From Candidatus Omnitrophota bacterium (GTDB lineage Bacteria; Omnitrophota; Gorgyraeia; Zapsychrales; Fredricksoniimonadaceae): a stretch of DNA of 64,000 nucleotides. The stretch spans positions 5,269-69,268 of the forward strand of contig JAYTXU010000006.1 in assembly GCA_043742785.1 (NCBI GenBank), given 5' to 3'. Shown piece after piece: positions 46,082-54,528 of the stretch. The notes under the pieces are model-generated. The model was not told the DNA's origin. It saw nothing but the letters and a program-made list of their open reading frames with translations, and ran no database searches. Position numbers and translations under genes: made by a program. Numbering within the stretch: the stretch's first letter is position 1; each line of letters starts with the position of its first letter.

Positions 46082-49000
46082 ATGCTTAGACGCTTTATTG
46101 CGAGCATCATTATCATAGCATTCTTGACTACAGGTGTTTTTCCGCCAAGTCGAAGCTATGCTCAGTCAGTAGTATCTCTGCCAGAACCTGGCACAATGGT
46201 TTCCTTAAGCCAAAGCTTTGAACCAGTCTTAATTAAAGGATTGACTGTACATAAAGATAATCCCTTCATGTTCGATTTTGTGGTGGATACGGGGAATTCT
46301 AAATTATCCACCCAAGATGCAGAACTAAGAACTCAAGCTGACCGTTTAATCAAATATTTCTTTGCTTGTCTCACCATCCCTGAAAAAGACCTTTGGGTTA
46401 ATCTTTCTCCGTATGAAAAAGATCGTATGGCTCCTGAGGCCTTGGGGCAAACCGCTTTAGGAAGAGACCTTTTATCCGAAGATTATATTCTTAAACAATT
46501 AACAGCTTCGCTTATTTATCCTGAAAAAGATTTAGGTCGAGAATTTTGGGATAAAGTTTTCACAAAGGCTCAGCAGAAGTATGGAACAACAAATATTCCG
46601 GTGAATACATTTAATAAGGTTTGGATTTTAGCCGATAAAGCCACCGTCTATGAACATGGGCAGACGGCTTTTGTGGTAGATGGACATTTGAAGGTGCTTT
46701 TAGAAGAAGACTACTTAGCAATGTCCAAACATTCTTCCACTGTCATGCCCGTGAAAACGGGCATCCAGAATATGGATATCTCGCTCCTGCCTGTCGGCAG
46801 GCAGGTTCGCGGGAATGACAAGGAATCGGTTAACACCATTGGTTCACAAATAGTGCGAGACATCGTCATCCCTGAACTTGAAAAAGAAGTTAATTCAGGT
46901 AAGAACTTTTCCACGCTCCGTCAAATCTTTAATTCACTTATCCTTGCCAGCTGGTACAAAAAGAATCTCAAAGAAGCGCTGTTAAATCAGATCTATGCTG
47001 ACAAAAACACTGTCAAAGGCGTTGACTTAAGCGATCCTTCCGTCAAAGAACAAATCTATCAGCAATATCTCAAAGCGTACAAGAAGGGCGTGTTTAACTA
47101 TATCAAGGAAGACGCTCAAGTTAATGGCCCAGCTATTCCAAGAAAGTATTTTTCGGGTGGTTTTGATGTATCTCCTGCGATGTTAAGCGTTGTTCACTTT
47201 GCACCAAGGAATTTAGAAAGCGGGGGTAGTCTTGTAAATTTCAAAGTTATGACAGGGTTAAATGGAAACGGGGTTCAAAACGATTTAGAGTTAACTAAAA
47301 AGGAAACAGCAAACTCTCAAGATTTATTTAAAGTAAAAAAAACACTCGAAAGGCTTTACAAAGAAATCATCACCTTAGGGGAAGATTTAAAGAATCAAGA
47401 TCCAGACTATTATTATAATTCTACAACTAGACTGATGGCTGAAGCGCAGAGCATTTATGATCAAAGATCCTCTATAGATAGCGTCGTTAGTTTGACAGCG
47501 AGAAATAAGCAGTTACAGGAGATTGCGGATGAACTTGATAAACGCTGGCAAGAAATTCAAGAACAAGAAAGAAGGAATGTAGAAAGAGATCCTAAGGCTA
47601 ATACAGTTAACAGAATTAAGAGTTCTAACATTGATTTAGATGCCGCCAAGAATGATTCAAGTGCGGCAATGTTGACGACTATTAATAAGCTGTTAGGAAG
47701 CACTCCACAGTTAGGAATGACTCCGCAGGAATTAGCAGGTGAAATAGAATCTACACTTAGAAATCCAAACAGTGGAAATATTCCAAGTATCTTTATAATT
47801 TCAGATGAGCACGGAACAATAGATAAATTTGATTTTTTATTATTGGATATGTTTCGTTCTGTTCCTGCTGGACAAAAAATACCCGCTAATTTTGTTTTAG
47901 ATCCCAACAAGACAATTGATGAACAATTTAATCAATTTGAAATAAAACTTTCTGATTTTAGAAAGCAATTGTTTATACATAATCTAGGTGATTTTGTTGA
48001 TCGTGGGCCTTTTGGTATTAAGGTTCTTTTACGTTCAAAAGAATTAATAGAAGCGAATATTTCAGATTTTATCATTGGGAATCATGATCAATGGATGTTT
48101 ATGAATTTGATAGGTATGCACCTTCCTTTTTATGATGGTTTTGAATTTTATGGATATAAGGATAGTTATGGTGCACAAAAAGGTGGAGGAGACGTCAGAT
48201 TTTTATTACAACAGCTTCACAAAGATAAACCTGATACTAGAAAGCTATCTTGGTGGGCAAAAGAATTGTATGAATTTAGAGAATTTCATCAAACTCAACA
48301 GAAAAACAGATGGAATAAATCAGTCAAAGAAGTAGAAAACATGTTTGAAACAATAGTTAATGGAATGTCTGAAGATGGTAAGAAGAGATGGTCTCGTACG
48401 ACTGCTTCTGGTCGGGTTTGGAATAAGTTAAGAGGATTTAATCCGGATGTAGGGGATGTTTCAACGGGAGTTAAAGCTGTCGGCTTAGTATCAATAGTAT
48501 GGTGGGAAAATTTATTAAAAGAATTTGAAGTTATCTATGATCATCTTTATGTAGAAAGAAAGATTGAACTTGATTCCGCAAAGCAAGAAGCTTGGCTTTC
48601 TGCAATTAATTTAATAAAAAATCATATTATTCCAGGACTTAAAAAAACTTTAGAAGAGCATATTGATCCTGATAAAGGGGGAACTCAACCATGGTGGCGT
48701 ATTTTTGAAGCTATTAATAGTCAAAATTATACATCTCCTGAATGGTGGGCCATGGATTGGGCTTATCATAATGGATGGGGAACCTCTGTGTTTAAGGAAA
48801 TTAATGATACTTATCATGGGGGAGAGCAAGTAGTTACTCCTGCTAATTATTTAGATGACAATTCTACTTTACAAGGAGTAAGAATATTAAAAGAAGCCAC
48901 TCAATTTTTTAAGCAAAAATATAACCTTCATCTTAGGGATATTATGCAAACAGATATGCTTCATGCGTTTTTGCCAATAGATCCCGATACTGGGGAATTT

Positions 49001-52000
49001 TATTTTAATTACAGAGCAAAACATTATCGTGGTAAAGGCGGAGAAAGAGCATCACCTTTTTGGGAAGGGCTTGATGCTATTGCCAAAGATATAAGAGATG
49101 CTCCTGATAATGAGACTCTTATCAAAGTCATTCAAGAGGCTATAACAATAGTCAATGGTTGGTACGCAGATAATACTACTGAAGCTAAGGTTAGTCATGT
49201 TGCAAGAGCTTTAAGAGATGTTGGTCTTAAAAAAGTGTTGGATGCTAATGGTCTTAATCGTTTCATTACAGGCCATTTACCTATGCATGATTTCTTGAAA
49301 TTGACTGAAGACGAACGAAGGGTTATCACTGGACATTTAATTGTTACTGAGAATGGAAGACAGGTTATAGCTTTTAGTGACTCTGGGGCTGGGCCTAAAT
49401 TTGGAGGTGGAGCAAAATTTCTTGTTACTGACAAAAATGGTTTTAGACTTCGAGGTCTTCCAGGAAAGAATTCAAAAATAGTTGTCGATAGCCCTTCAAC
49501 TGTCATTTATAAGAGAGCAAAAGGACCTACAACCCAAGAAGAACTAAGAACAGTTTTTTTAAATGATACATCGATACCCCCAGATGTTTTTCTTAGAACT
49601 GTTTTAGAAAACATTAACGAAAACGCAGCAATGACAACAAAAGAAATTCATGTGTCGGGTGTTGATGTTTATTCTCTGGAAGTCCCTCAAACAGAGAAGC
49701 ACTATAGTGAGGTGCTTTTTCCTGATGGTAAAAAATGGACTTTAAAAGGGACTATGGCTCGTGGGGATAGTGTCCGCGTGGAAGAGCCAGAGGGGAACTT
49801 TAAGACGACTTTATTTCCAGGCAGTGAACCTTTAGTTATAAAAGATTCTCTAGACGTTCCTCTTGTTAAAGTATTCTGGTTTAATGGGCTTTCTTTTAAT
49901 AGTCTTACAGGGCACTCATTAGATTTTAGGGTAAGGTCATTTTATGATGCTGCAATGAATGTATCAAATAGAAGCGATGAGATAGATCAAGTTCGGACGG
50001 CTTTAGTAAATCTCTTTTTTGCCAGAAATGCTTCGGTACTTACATCTTCTGTAGAGACAGCCGAAGAATTAAAGAAGAATATTCGGTTAGCTAGAGAAAA
50101 ACTATCTCAGAATGAATTGTGGGCTAAAACTAAGGCTGTACGATTATTACAAGAAAGAATAGCAAGTTTGGAATCTAATCCTAATGGAATGTTGGGCTTT
50201 ACTCCTGAATTTATAGATCAACAAATTCAAGCAATTCAAAAACCATCAATTACTGTATCACCGATCAGCGCCGCAATGACGGCTGAAGACGTGAAACAGT
50301 TTGTAGACCGGTTTAACGAGTTAGTTGAAAGCCATAGTTATGGACATAAAATTAAAGCTGAGTTTAATCTCAATTTAAAAGGAGCTCCTCAGGAAGGTTT
50401 TATTGATAGAGGAAGAGGATCGATATTTACTATTTGGCCCAATGTAGATACCCTTGTACTAGCGGAATATATACGTAAAAGTATGAATATGCAGGGATTC
50501 CGTGAGGAAGATATTGAAGCAATCACAGCTCGTCTTAAATTTCCGACTTTAGCCTTAACAGACAATAACATGGAAATTCCATTTGGCCACTACAGAGACA
50601 TTAAAGCGGATGACGGCACTCCTTTGAGAGTAGAACATAATGTCAATGAAAAGCAGGCATTCGTAAGCATTAAGACGGTGAAAGGCGGTTGGTATTGGCA
50701 CCATGAATTTAAAGAAAATCATCCAGATAATCAGGTGGGTGTTTTTGGAAGCATTTTTTGGATGTTTGATGGGAAAGAAAAAACTTTTAGTTTATTTTGG
50801 TGTAAGGAACATCCTAAAAACGTTGTTGTGCCTGAACATGTGACTAATGAGTTACGGAAAACAAATCCTAGTATATACACTGTTCTTGGCATTACGGAGG
50901 CTCCTGCTCGTTCTATTATTGTGGAGAATTTTCGTATAGTGAGTGCTGCAGATACAGTAGAAATAAAGAATAAATTTTTTCATCCCATGACTATTAACAT
51001 AAAAGACTTTTTTGAATTTCTAACGCGTAATAACGCCTCGAAAACAACTAAGAAGATAACGTTTACAGAGGGTTCAAGTCTTGGTGATTTAAACCTACCA
51101 GTAAGAGCACAAACTTATATCTTTCTTCATGAGATTAAAACAATAAAACAATTTTTGGAAATATTTCCTACAGAACAAAGCTTGTATCAATTCGTTAATC
51201 ATAATTTTGGCAAAGTAACCAAAAAACAGATTATAGAGGAGTTTAAGAGGGTAGGTTTTCCTTTAAAGCCCGACGCCGCAATGACGGCAGAAATAAAGAG
51301 TCAAACAACTATCAACTTTGTAAATGGTCAGATTACTCATACCTATCCAAGAGAGATAGGGGTATCCATAGGGGGAAAAACAGCAATTCTTGTGTTGGAA
51401 TCAACAACGGATATTGAAAATAGATTAATGCAGGTGTTTCAAACACATATTCCATCATCTTTGTCGGTGAACTATATTGTCAAAGGAGGTGCAGGTGAAA
51501 AGATTCCAGTTGTTTTGAAGCTCAATCTTCGCAGTTCTTTGATGGAAGAAAAAGTGGATTATGGTTGGGGGGCAGAGCTGGATAGTCAATCTCAGAATGC
51601 TTTGGCTCAAGTTTCTGCAAGCGCGGCAATGACTACACAATTTATTCCGGGTCAGCTTCTTACTCAAGCAAATATTGCTGAAGTAGGAGAGGAAATTTAT
51701 CACACATCTTTTCCAGTAGTGTATAAGTCTACACAACGCTTGGATCTTCAACTAGTCACCAGAACAGGGAGCAGAACTCTGAAAATAGATATTTACAATG
51801 GTCCTGATGGAAAGAATTTTATAGGAAGTAGAGAGTTTTATTTGACTGGTCGAAATGAAGGAGAAATAAGAGAAAAGGCAATAGAAAAAGCTAATCTTTC
51901 TAAGACAATGACACAAAAAACATGGACATGGCTTGGGCAGCGCCATCGTTATAATCAAGGGATTGAAGATATTGTTCAGGAAGCAATAAAAGATAGCGCC

Positions 52001-52228
52001 ATGAATGTCAATGAAGTTGGCGGTATCGATTTAAACTCAGCTAATATGGGAATGATTATTCAAAAAGATGCTAATGGCGGGGTACAGGTAACTTTTGATC
52101 CAGCATTAATTGAACGCATTAAGATTCAGGGGATTCAATCTGTTGAACCAATTATTATTAATATTACTCCTATAGCAGATGTTCGTCCTTTATTGGGACT
52201 TGGATCCGAACTCGCAGGAGTAGCTTAA
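46082..52228 (+). CDS. Giant (2,048 aa) secreted mosaic protein with an embedded metallophosphoesterase; otherwise unassigned
   Basis: Uninterrupted ORF with an AAGGA SD. Signal peptide MLRRFIASIIIIAFLTTGVFPPSRSYA|QS. Phosphoesterase motifs SDEHG (aa 574-578), GDFVDRG (636-642), GNHD (666-669) and GH (1064-1065). Recurrent AAM(T/N/L) junctions. GGIDLN-containing C-terminus. Confidence 0.85.
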   Translation: MLRRFIASIIIIAFLTTGVFPPSRSYAQSVVSLPEPGTMVSLSQSFEPVLIKGLTVHKDNPFMFDFVVDTGNSKLSTQDAELRTQADRLIKYFFACLTIPEKDLWVNLSPYEKDRMAPEALGQTALGRDLLSEDYILKQLTASLIYPEKDLGREFWDKVFTKAQQKYGTTNIPVNTFNKVWILADKATVYEHGQTAFVVDGHLKVLLEEDYLAMSKHSSTVMPVKTGIQNMDISLLPVGRQVRGNDKESVNTIGSQIVRDIVIPELEKEVNSGKNFSTLRQIFNSLILASWYKKNLKEALLNQIYADKNTVKGVDLSDPSVKEQIYQQYLKAYKKGVFNYIKEDAQVNGPAIPRKYFSGGFDVSPAMLSVVHFAPRNLESGGSLVNFKVMTGLNGNGVQNDLELTKKETANSQDLFKVKKTLERLYKEIITLGEDLKNQDPDYYYNSTTRLMAEAQSIYDQRSSIDSVVSLTARNKQLQEIADELDKRWQEIQEQERRNVERDPKANTVNRIKSSNIDLDAAKNDSSAAMLTTINKLLGSTPQLGMTPQELAGEIESTLRNPNSGNIPSIFIISDEHGTIDKFDFLLLDMFRSVPAGQKIPANFVLDPNKTIDEQFNQFEIKLSDFRKQLFIHNLGDFVDRGPFGIKVLLRSKELIEANISDFIIGNHDQWMFMNLIGMHLPFYDGFEFYGYKDSYGAQKGGGDVRFLLQQLHKDKPDTRKLSWWAKELYEFREFHQTQQKNRWNKSVKEVENMFETIVNGMSEDGKKRWSRTTASGRVWNKLRGFNPDVGDVSTGVKAVGLVSIVWWENLLKEFEVIYDHLYVERKIELDSAKQEAWLSAINLIKNHIIPGLKKTLEEHIDPDKGGTQPWWRIFEAINSQNYTSPEWWAMDWAYHNGWGTSVFKEINDTYHGGEQVVTPANYLDDNSTLQGVRILKEATQFFKQKYNLHLRDIMQTDMLHAFLPIDPDTGEFYFNYRAKHYRGKGGERASPFWEGLDAIAKDIRDAPDNETLIKVIQEAITIVNGWYADNTTEAKVSHVARALRDVGLKKVLDANGLNRFITGHLPMHDFLKLTEDERRVITGHLIVTENGRQVIAFSDSGAGPKFGGGAKFLVTDKNGFRLRGLPGKNSKIVVDSPSTVIYKRAKGPTTQEELRTVFLNDTSIPPDVFLRTVLENINENAAMTTKEIHVSGVDVYSLEVPQTEKHYSEVLFPDGKKWTLKGTMARGDSVRVEEPEGNFKTTLFPGSEPLVIKDSLDVPLVKVFWFNGLSFNSLTGHSLDFRVRSFYDAAMNVSNRSDEIDQVRTALVNLFFARNASVLTSSVETAEELKKNIRLAREKLSQNELWAKTKAVRLLQERIASLESNPNGMLGFTPEFIDQQIQAIQKPSITVSPISAAMTAEDVKQFVDRFNELVESHSYGHKIKAEFNLNLKGAPQEGFIDRGRGSIFTIWPNVDTLVLAEYIRKSMNMQGFREEDIEAITARLKFPTLALTDNNMEIPFGHYRDIKADDGTPLRVEHNVNEKQAFVSIKTVKGGWYWHHEFKENHPDNQVGVFGSIFWMFDGKEKTFSLFWCKEHPKNVVVPEHVTNELRKTNPSIYTVLGITEAPARSIIVENFRIVSAADTVEIKNKFFHPMTINIKDFFEFLTRNNASKTTKKITFTEGSSLGDLNLPVRAQTYIFLHEIKTIKQFLEIFPTEQSLYQFVNHNFGKVTKKQIIEEFKRVGFPLKPDAAMTAEIKSQTTINFVNGQITHTYPREIGVSIGGKTAILVLESTTDIENRLMQVFQTHIPSSLSVNYIVKGGAGEKIPVVLKLNLRSSLMEEKVDYGWGAELDSQSQNALAQVSASAAMTTQFIPGQLLTQANIAEVGEEIYHTSFPVVYKSTQRLDLQLVTRTGSRTLKIDIYNGPDGKNFIGSREFYLTGRNEGEIREKAIEKANLSKTMTQKTWTWLGQRHRYNQGIEDIVQEAIKDSAMNVNEVGGIDLNSANMGMIIQKDANGGVQVTFDPALIERIKIQGIQSVEPIIINITPIADVRPLLGLGSELAGVA
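46741..46820. mobile_element. MITE/REP-like 80-bp palindromic element embedded in frame in the giant CDS
   Basis: Imperfect 15-bp terminal inverted repeats TGTCATGCCCGTGAA (46741-46755) / TTCGCGGGAATGACA (46806-46820), matching 13/15. Internal hairpins ATGCCCG-N6-CGGGCAT (46745-46764) and CTGCCTG-N4-CAGGCAG (46787-46804). It is GC-rich against an AT-rich gene and is translated as VMPVKTGIQ...RGNDK. Confidence 0.6.
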
Positions 52229-52291
52229 TAGGTTCCTATTTTAATTTTTAATTTCCATTTTTAGAGGATTCTGGTATTATCTTCCATTAAC

Positions 52292-52316
52292 AACCCCGCA
52301 GCATTACGGCGGGGTT
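52292..52316 (+). terminator. Probable intrinsic terminator of the giant gene
   Basis: Stem AACCCCGC (52292-52299) / GCGGGGTT (52309-52316) with a 9-nt loop, followed by AAAATTTAT. The U-tract is weak. Confidence 0.5.
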
Positions 52317-52359
52317 AAAATTTATAAGATTCTAAAAGAACTAAGAAAAGGAATAAGAA

Positions 52360-53625
52360 ATGTCAGCGATCAAGCCATTTAATGCTGTTTTTTATAATAA
52401 AGAGAAGGTTGATAATCTTTCAGATGTGATATGCCCACCGTATGACGTTATTTCCAAGGAGCAGCAGGAAGGTTATTATAAACAGAATCCCTACAATTTT
52501 ATCCGTTTGGAGTTGGCTAAGGACGCGCCTAAAGATACAGCTAAGGACAATAAATATACCCGCGCTCATAAAACCTACGAAGAATGGCTCAAAAAAGGTG
52601 TTTTAAAGCAGGATGAAGCGTATTGCATTTATTTTTATAAGCAAGATTACACCTATTTTGGTCAAAGGTATACTCGTACAGGATTTTTAGCTCTTTTAAA
52701 TCTCAATGAAGATTCCGGTGTCAAAATTTTGCCTCATGAACACACCCATTCCGCTGCTAAAACGGATCGTTTAACCCTTTGGTCTACACTAAAAAGTGAC
52801 TTGAGTTCTATTTTTGTGGGCTATAGCGATAAAATGAATATTATTGAGAAAATGTTTCTTAAAGAATTGGCTAGCCAAAAACCTTATTTAGAAGCGGTTG
52901 ATGGCGATAAGGTTAAACATATGATTTGGCGCTTAGCTGATCCCGATAAGATTCAGCAAATTGTGGATGTTATAGGCGGACAGAATTTATTTATTTGTGA
53001 TGGGCATCATCGTTTTGAAGTGGCCAATCAAATGCGTCGTGATGCATTAAAGAAGCAGAAGAATGCAACCGGCAAAGAGCCGTTCAATTACGTGATGACG
53101 TATTTTACAAATCTTGATTCTAAAGATCTTCAGATTTTTCCTATCCATCGTATTGTTAAAAAGTTTTCAATTAGTGTTAATCTCTTAGAGCAGTATTTTC
53201 GCATCGATAAGATTAAAAATAAGACTGATTTATTGGTTCTTTTAGCTCGTGCTGGACAGAATGAACATGCTTTAGGTTTATGTAAAAAAGAAGGTTTGTA
53301 TTTGCTGCGTTTAAAGAGCAAAACCTTGATTGATAAGGTTGTGCAGGAAGGTTCTCGCGATTATAAGAGTTTGGATTCAGCAATTCTAAAATCGTTTATT
53401 TTTGATCAGGTAGGTGTTTCTTCAGAAGATATTATTTATTCTAAGGATCCAGTGGAAGTGATTACAGCTGTTCAAGAGGGACAGGCGGATGCTGGTTTTA
53501 TTTTGAATCCTGTTCTCATTAAACAGCTTAAAACAATTGCTTTAAATGATGAACGGATGCCACCTAAGACAACCTATTTTTATCCTAAGGTTCTTTCAGG
53601 TTTAACCATTTATAAAATGGATTAA
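52360..53625 (+). CDS. DUF1015 family protein
   Basis: N-terminal IKPFNAV...VICPPYDVIS and internal FICDGHHRF match the DUF1015 pattern as I recall it. Confidence 0.65.
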   Translation: MSAIKPFNAVFYNKEKVDNLSDVICPPYDVISKEQQEGYYKQNPYNFIRLELAKDAPKDTAKDNKYTRAHKTYEEWLKKGVLKQDEAYCIYFYKQDYTYFGQRYTRTGFLALLNLNEDSGVKILPHEHTHSAAKTDRLTLWSTLKSDLSSIFVGYSDKMNIIEKMFLKELASQKPYLEAVDGDKVKHMIWRLADPDKIQQIVDVIGGQNLFICDGHHRFEVANQMRRDALKKQKNATGKEPFNYVMTYFTNLDSKDLQIFPIHRIVKKFSISVNLLEQYFRIDKIKNKTDLLVLLARAGQNEHALGLCKKEGLYLLRLKSKTLIDKVVQEGSRDYKSLDSAILKSFIFDQVGVSSEDIIYSKDPVEVITAVQEGQADAGFILNPVLIKQLKTIALNDERMPPKTTYFYPKVLSGLTIYKMD

Positions 53626-53626
53626 A

Positions 53627-54469
53627 ATGTCTTTATTCGGTAAAGATAATTATACCTTCATTAAAGTTAAGCGTAAAGAAATCCCAACCGGTATTTGGAC
53701 TAAATGTCCTGGCTGTGAATCGCCTGCCTATTCCAAAGAATTAAAGAATAATCTCAATGTTTGTCCTAAATGTGGTTTTCACTTAGGATTAACAGCTCCC
53801 GAACGTGTGGAACATCTAATAGATGTAGCTACCTTTGTAGAGTTTGATGCACAAATGATGTCTACTGATCCTTTGGATTTCCAAGGTCCTAAGACGTATA
53901 AAGAGAAATTGAAAGCAGATCAGGAAATAACAGATTTGGTTGATGCTGTTATTACCGGTTATGGTCAGATTGAAGGACATAAAGCTGTCCTGGTTGTGAC
54001 CGATTCTCGTTTTATTATGGGATCGATGGGGTCTGTTGTTGGAGAAAAGATTACCCGCGCTATTGAATATGGCACTAAGAATAAATTACCTGTCGTTATT
54101 GTTTCTGCTTCCGGTGGCGGTGCGCGCATGTATGAAGGGGCTATTTCTTTAATGCAGATGGCTAAAACTTGTGCCGCTTTAGCTCGTCATTCTCAAGCAG
54201 GCCTTTTATATATTTCGGTATTAACTAATCCTACAATGGGTGGGATTATGGCTTCTTTTGCAGGGGTGGGGGACGTGATTATTGCTGAGCCTAAGGCTTT
54301 GATTGGTTTTGCTGGCCCTCGCGTCATTGAACAAACGATTCGTCAGAAATTACCTTCAGGATTTCAGAGGGCAGAGTTTCTTTTAGCTCATGGTATGATT
54401 GATATGATTGTTGAAAGACAAAATTTAAAGGGTATCATTGCTCATACGATTGAATATGTAGAAAATTAA
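53627..54469 (+). CDS. accD: Acetyl-CoA carboxylase carboxyltransferase beta subunit
   Basis: N-terminal zinc ribbon CPGC...CPKCGFH and the carboxyltransferase core SGGARMYEG. Confidence 0.9.
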   Translation: MSLFGKDNYTFIKVKRKEIPTGIWTKCPGCESPAYSKELKNNLNVCPKCGFHLGLTAPERVEHLIDVATFVEFDAQMMSTDPLDFQGPKTYKEKLKADQEITDLVDAVITGYGQIEGHKAVLVVTDSRFIMGSMGSVVGEKITRAIEYGTKNKLPVVIVSASGGGARMYEGAISLMQMAKTCAALARHSQAGLLYISVLTNPTMGGIMASFAGVGDVIIAEPKALIGFAGPRVIEQTIRQKLPSGFQRAEFLLAHGMIDMIVERQNLKGIIAHTIEYVEN

Positions 54470-54528
54470 TTGCTTAAAGAGTAGGTTTTTAATAAACTAA
54501 CGCTTTCTAGTTATTCAAGAAATAAATT

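Noticed and set aside
47557-47910. 117-aa minus-strand ORF, and other antisense ORFs inside the giant gene
   Set aside because: They are antisense to a continuous 6.1-kb ORF and have no SD or promoter signals. Shadow ORFs like this are expected in long AT-rich genes.
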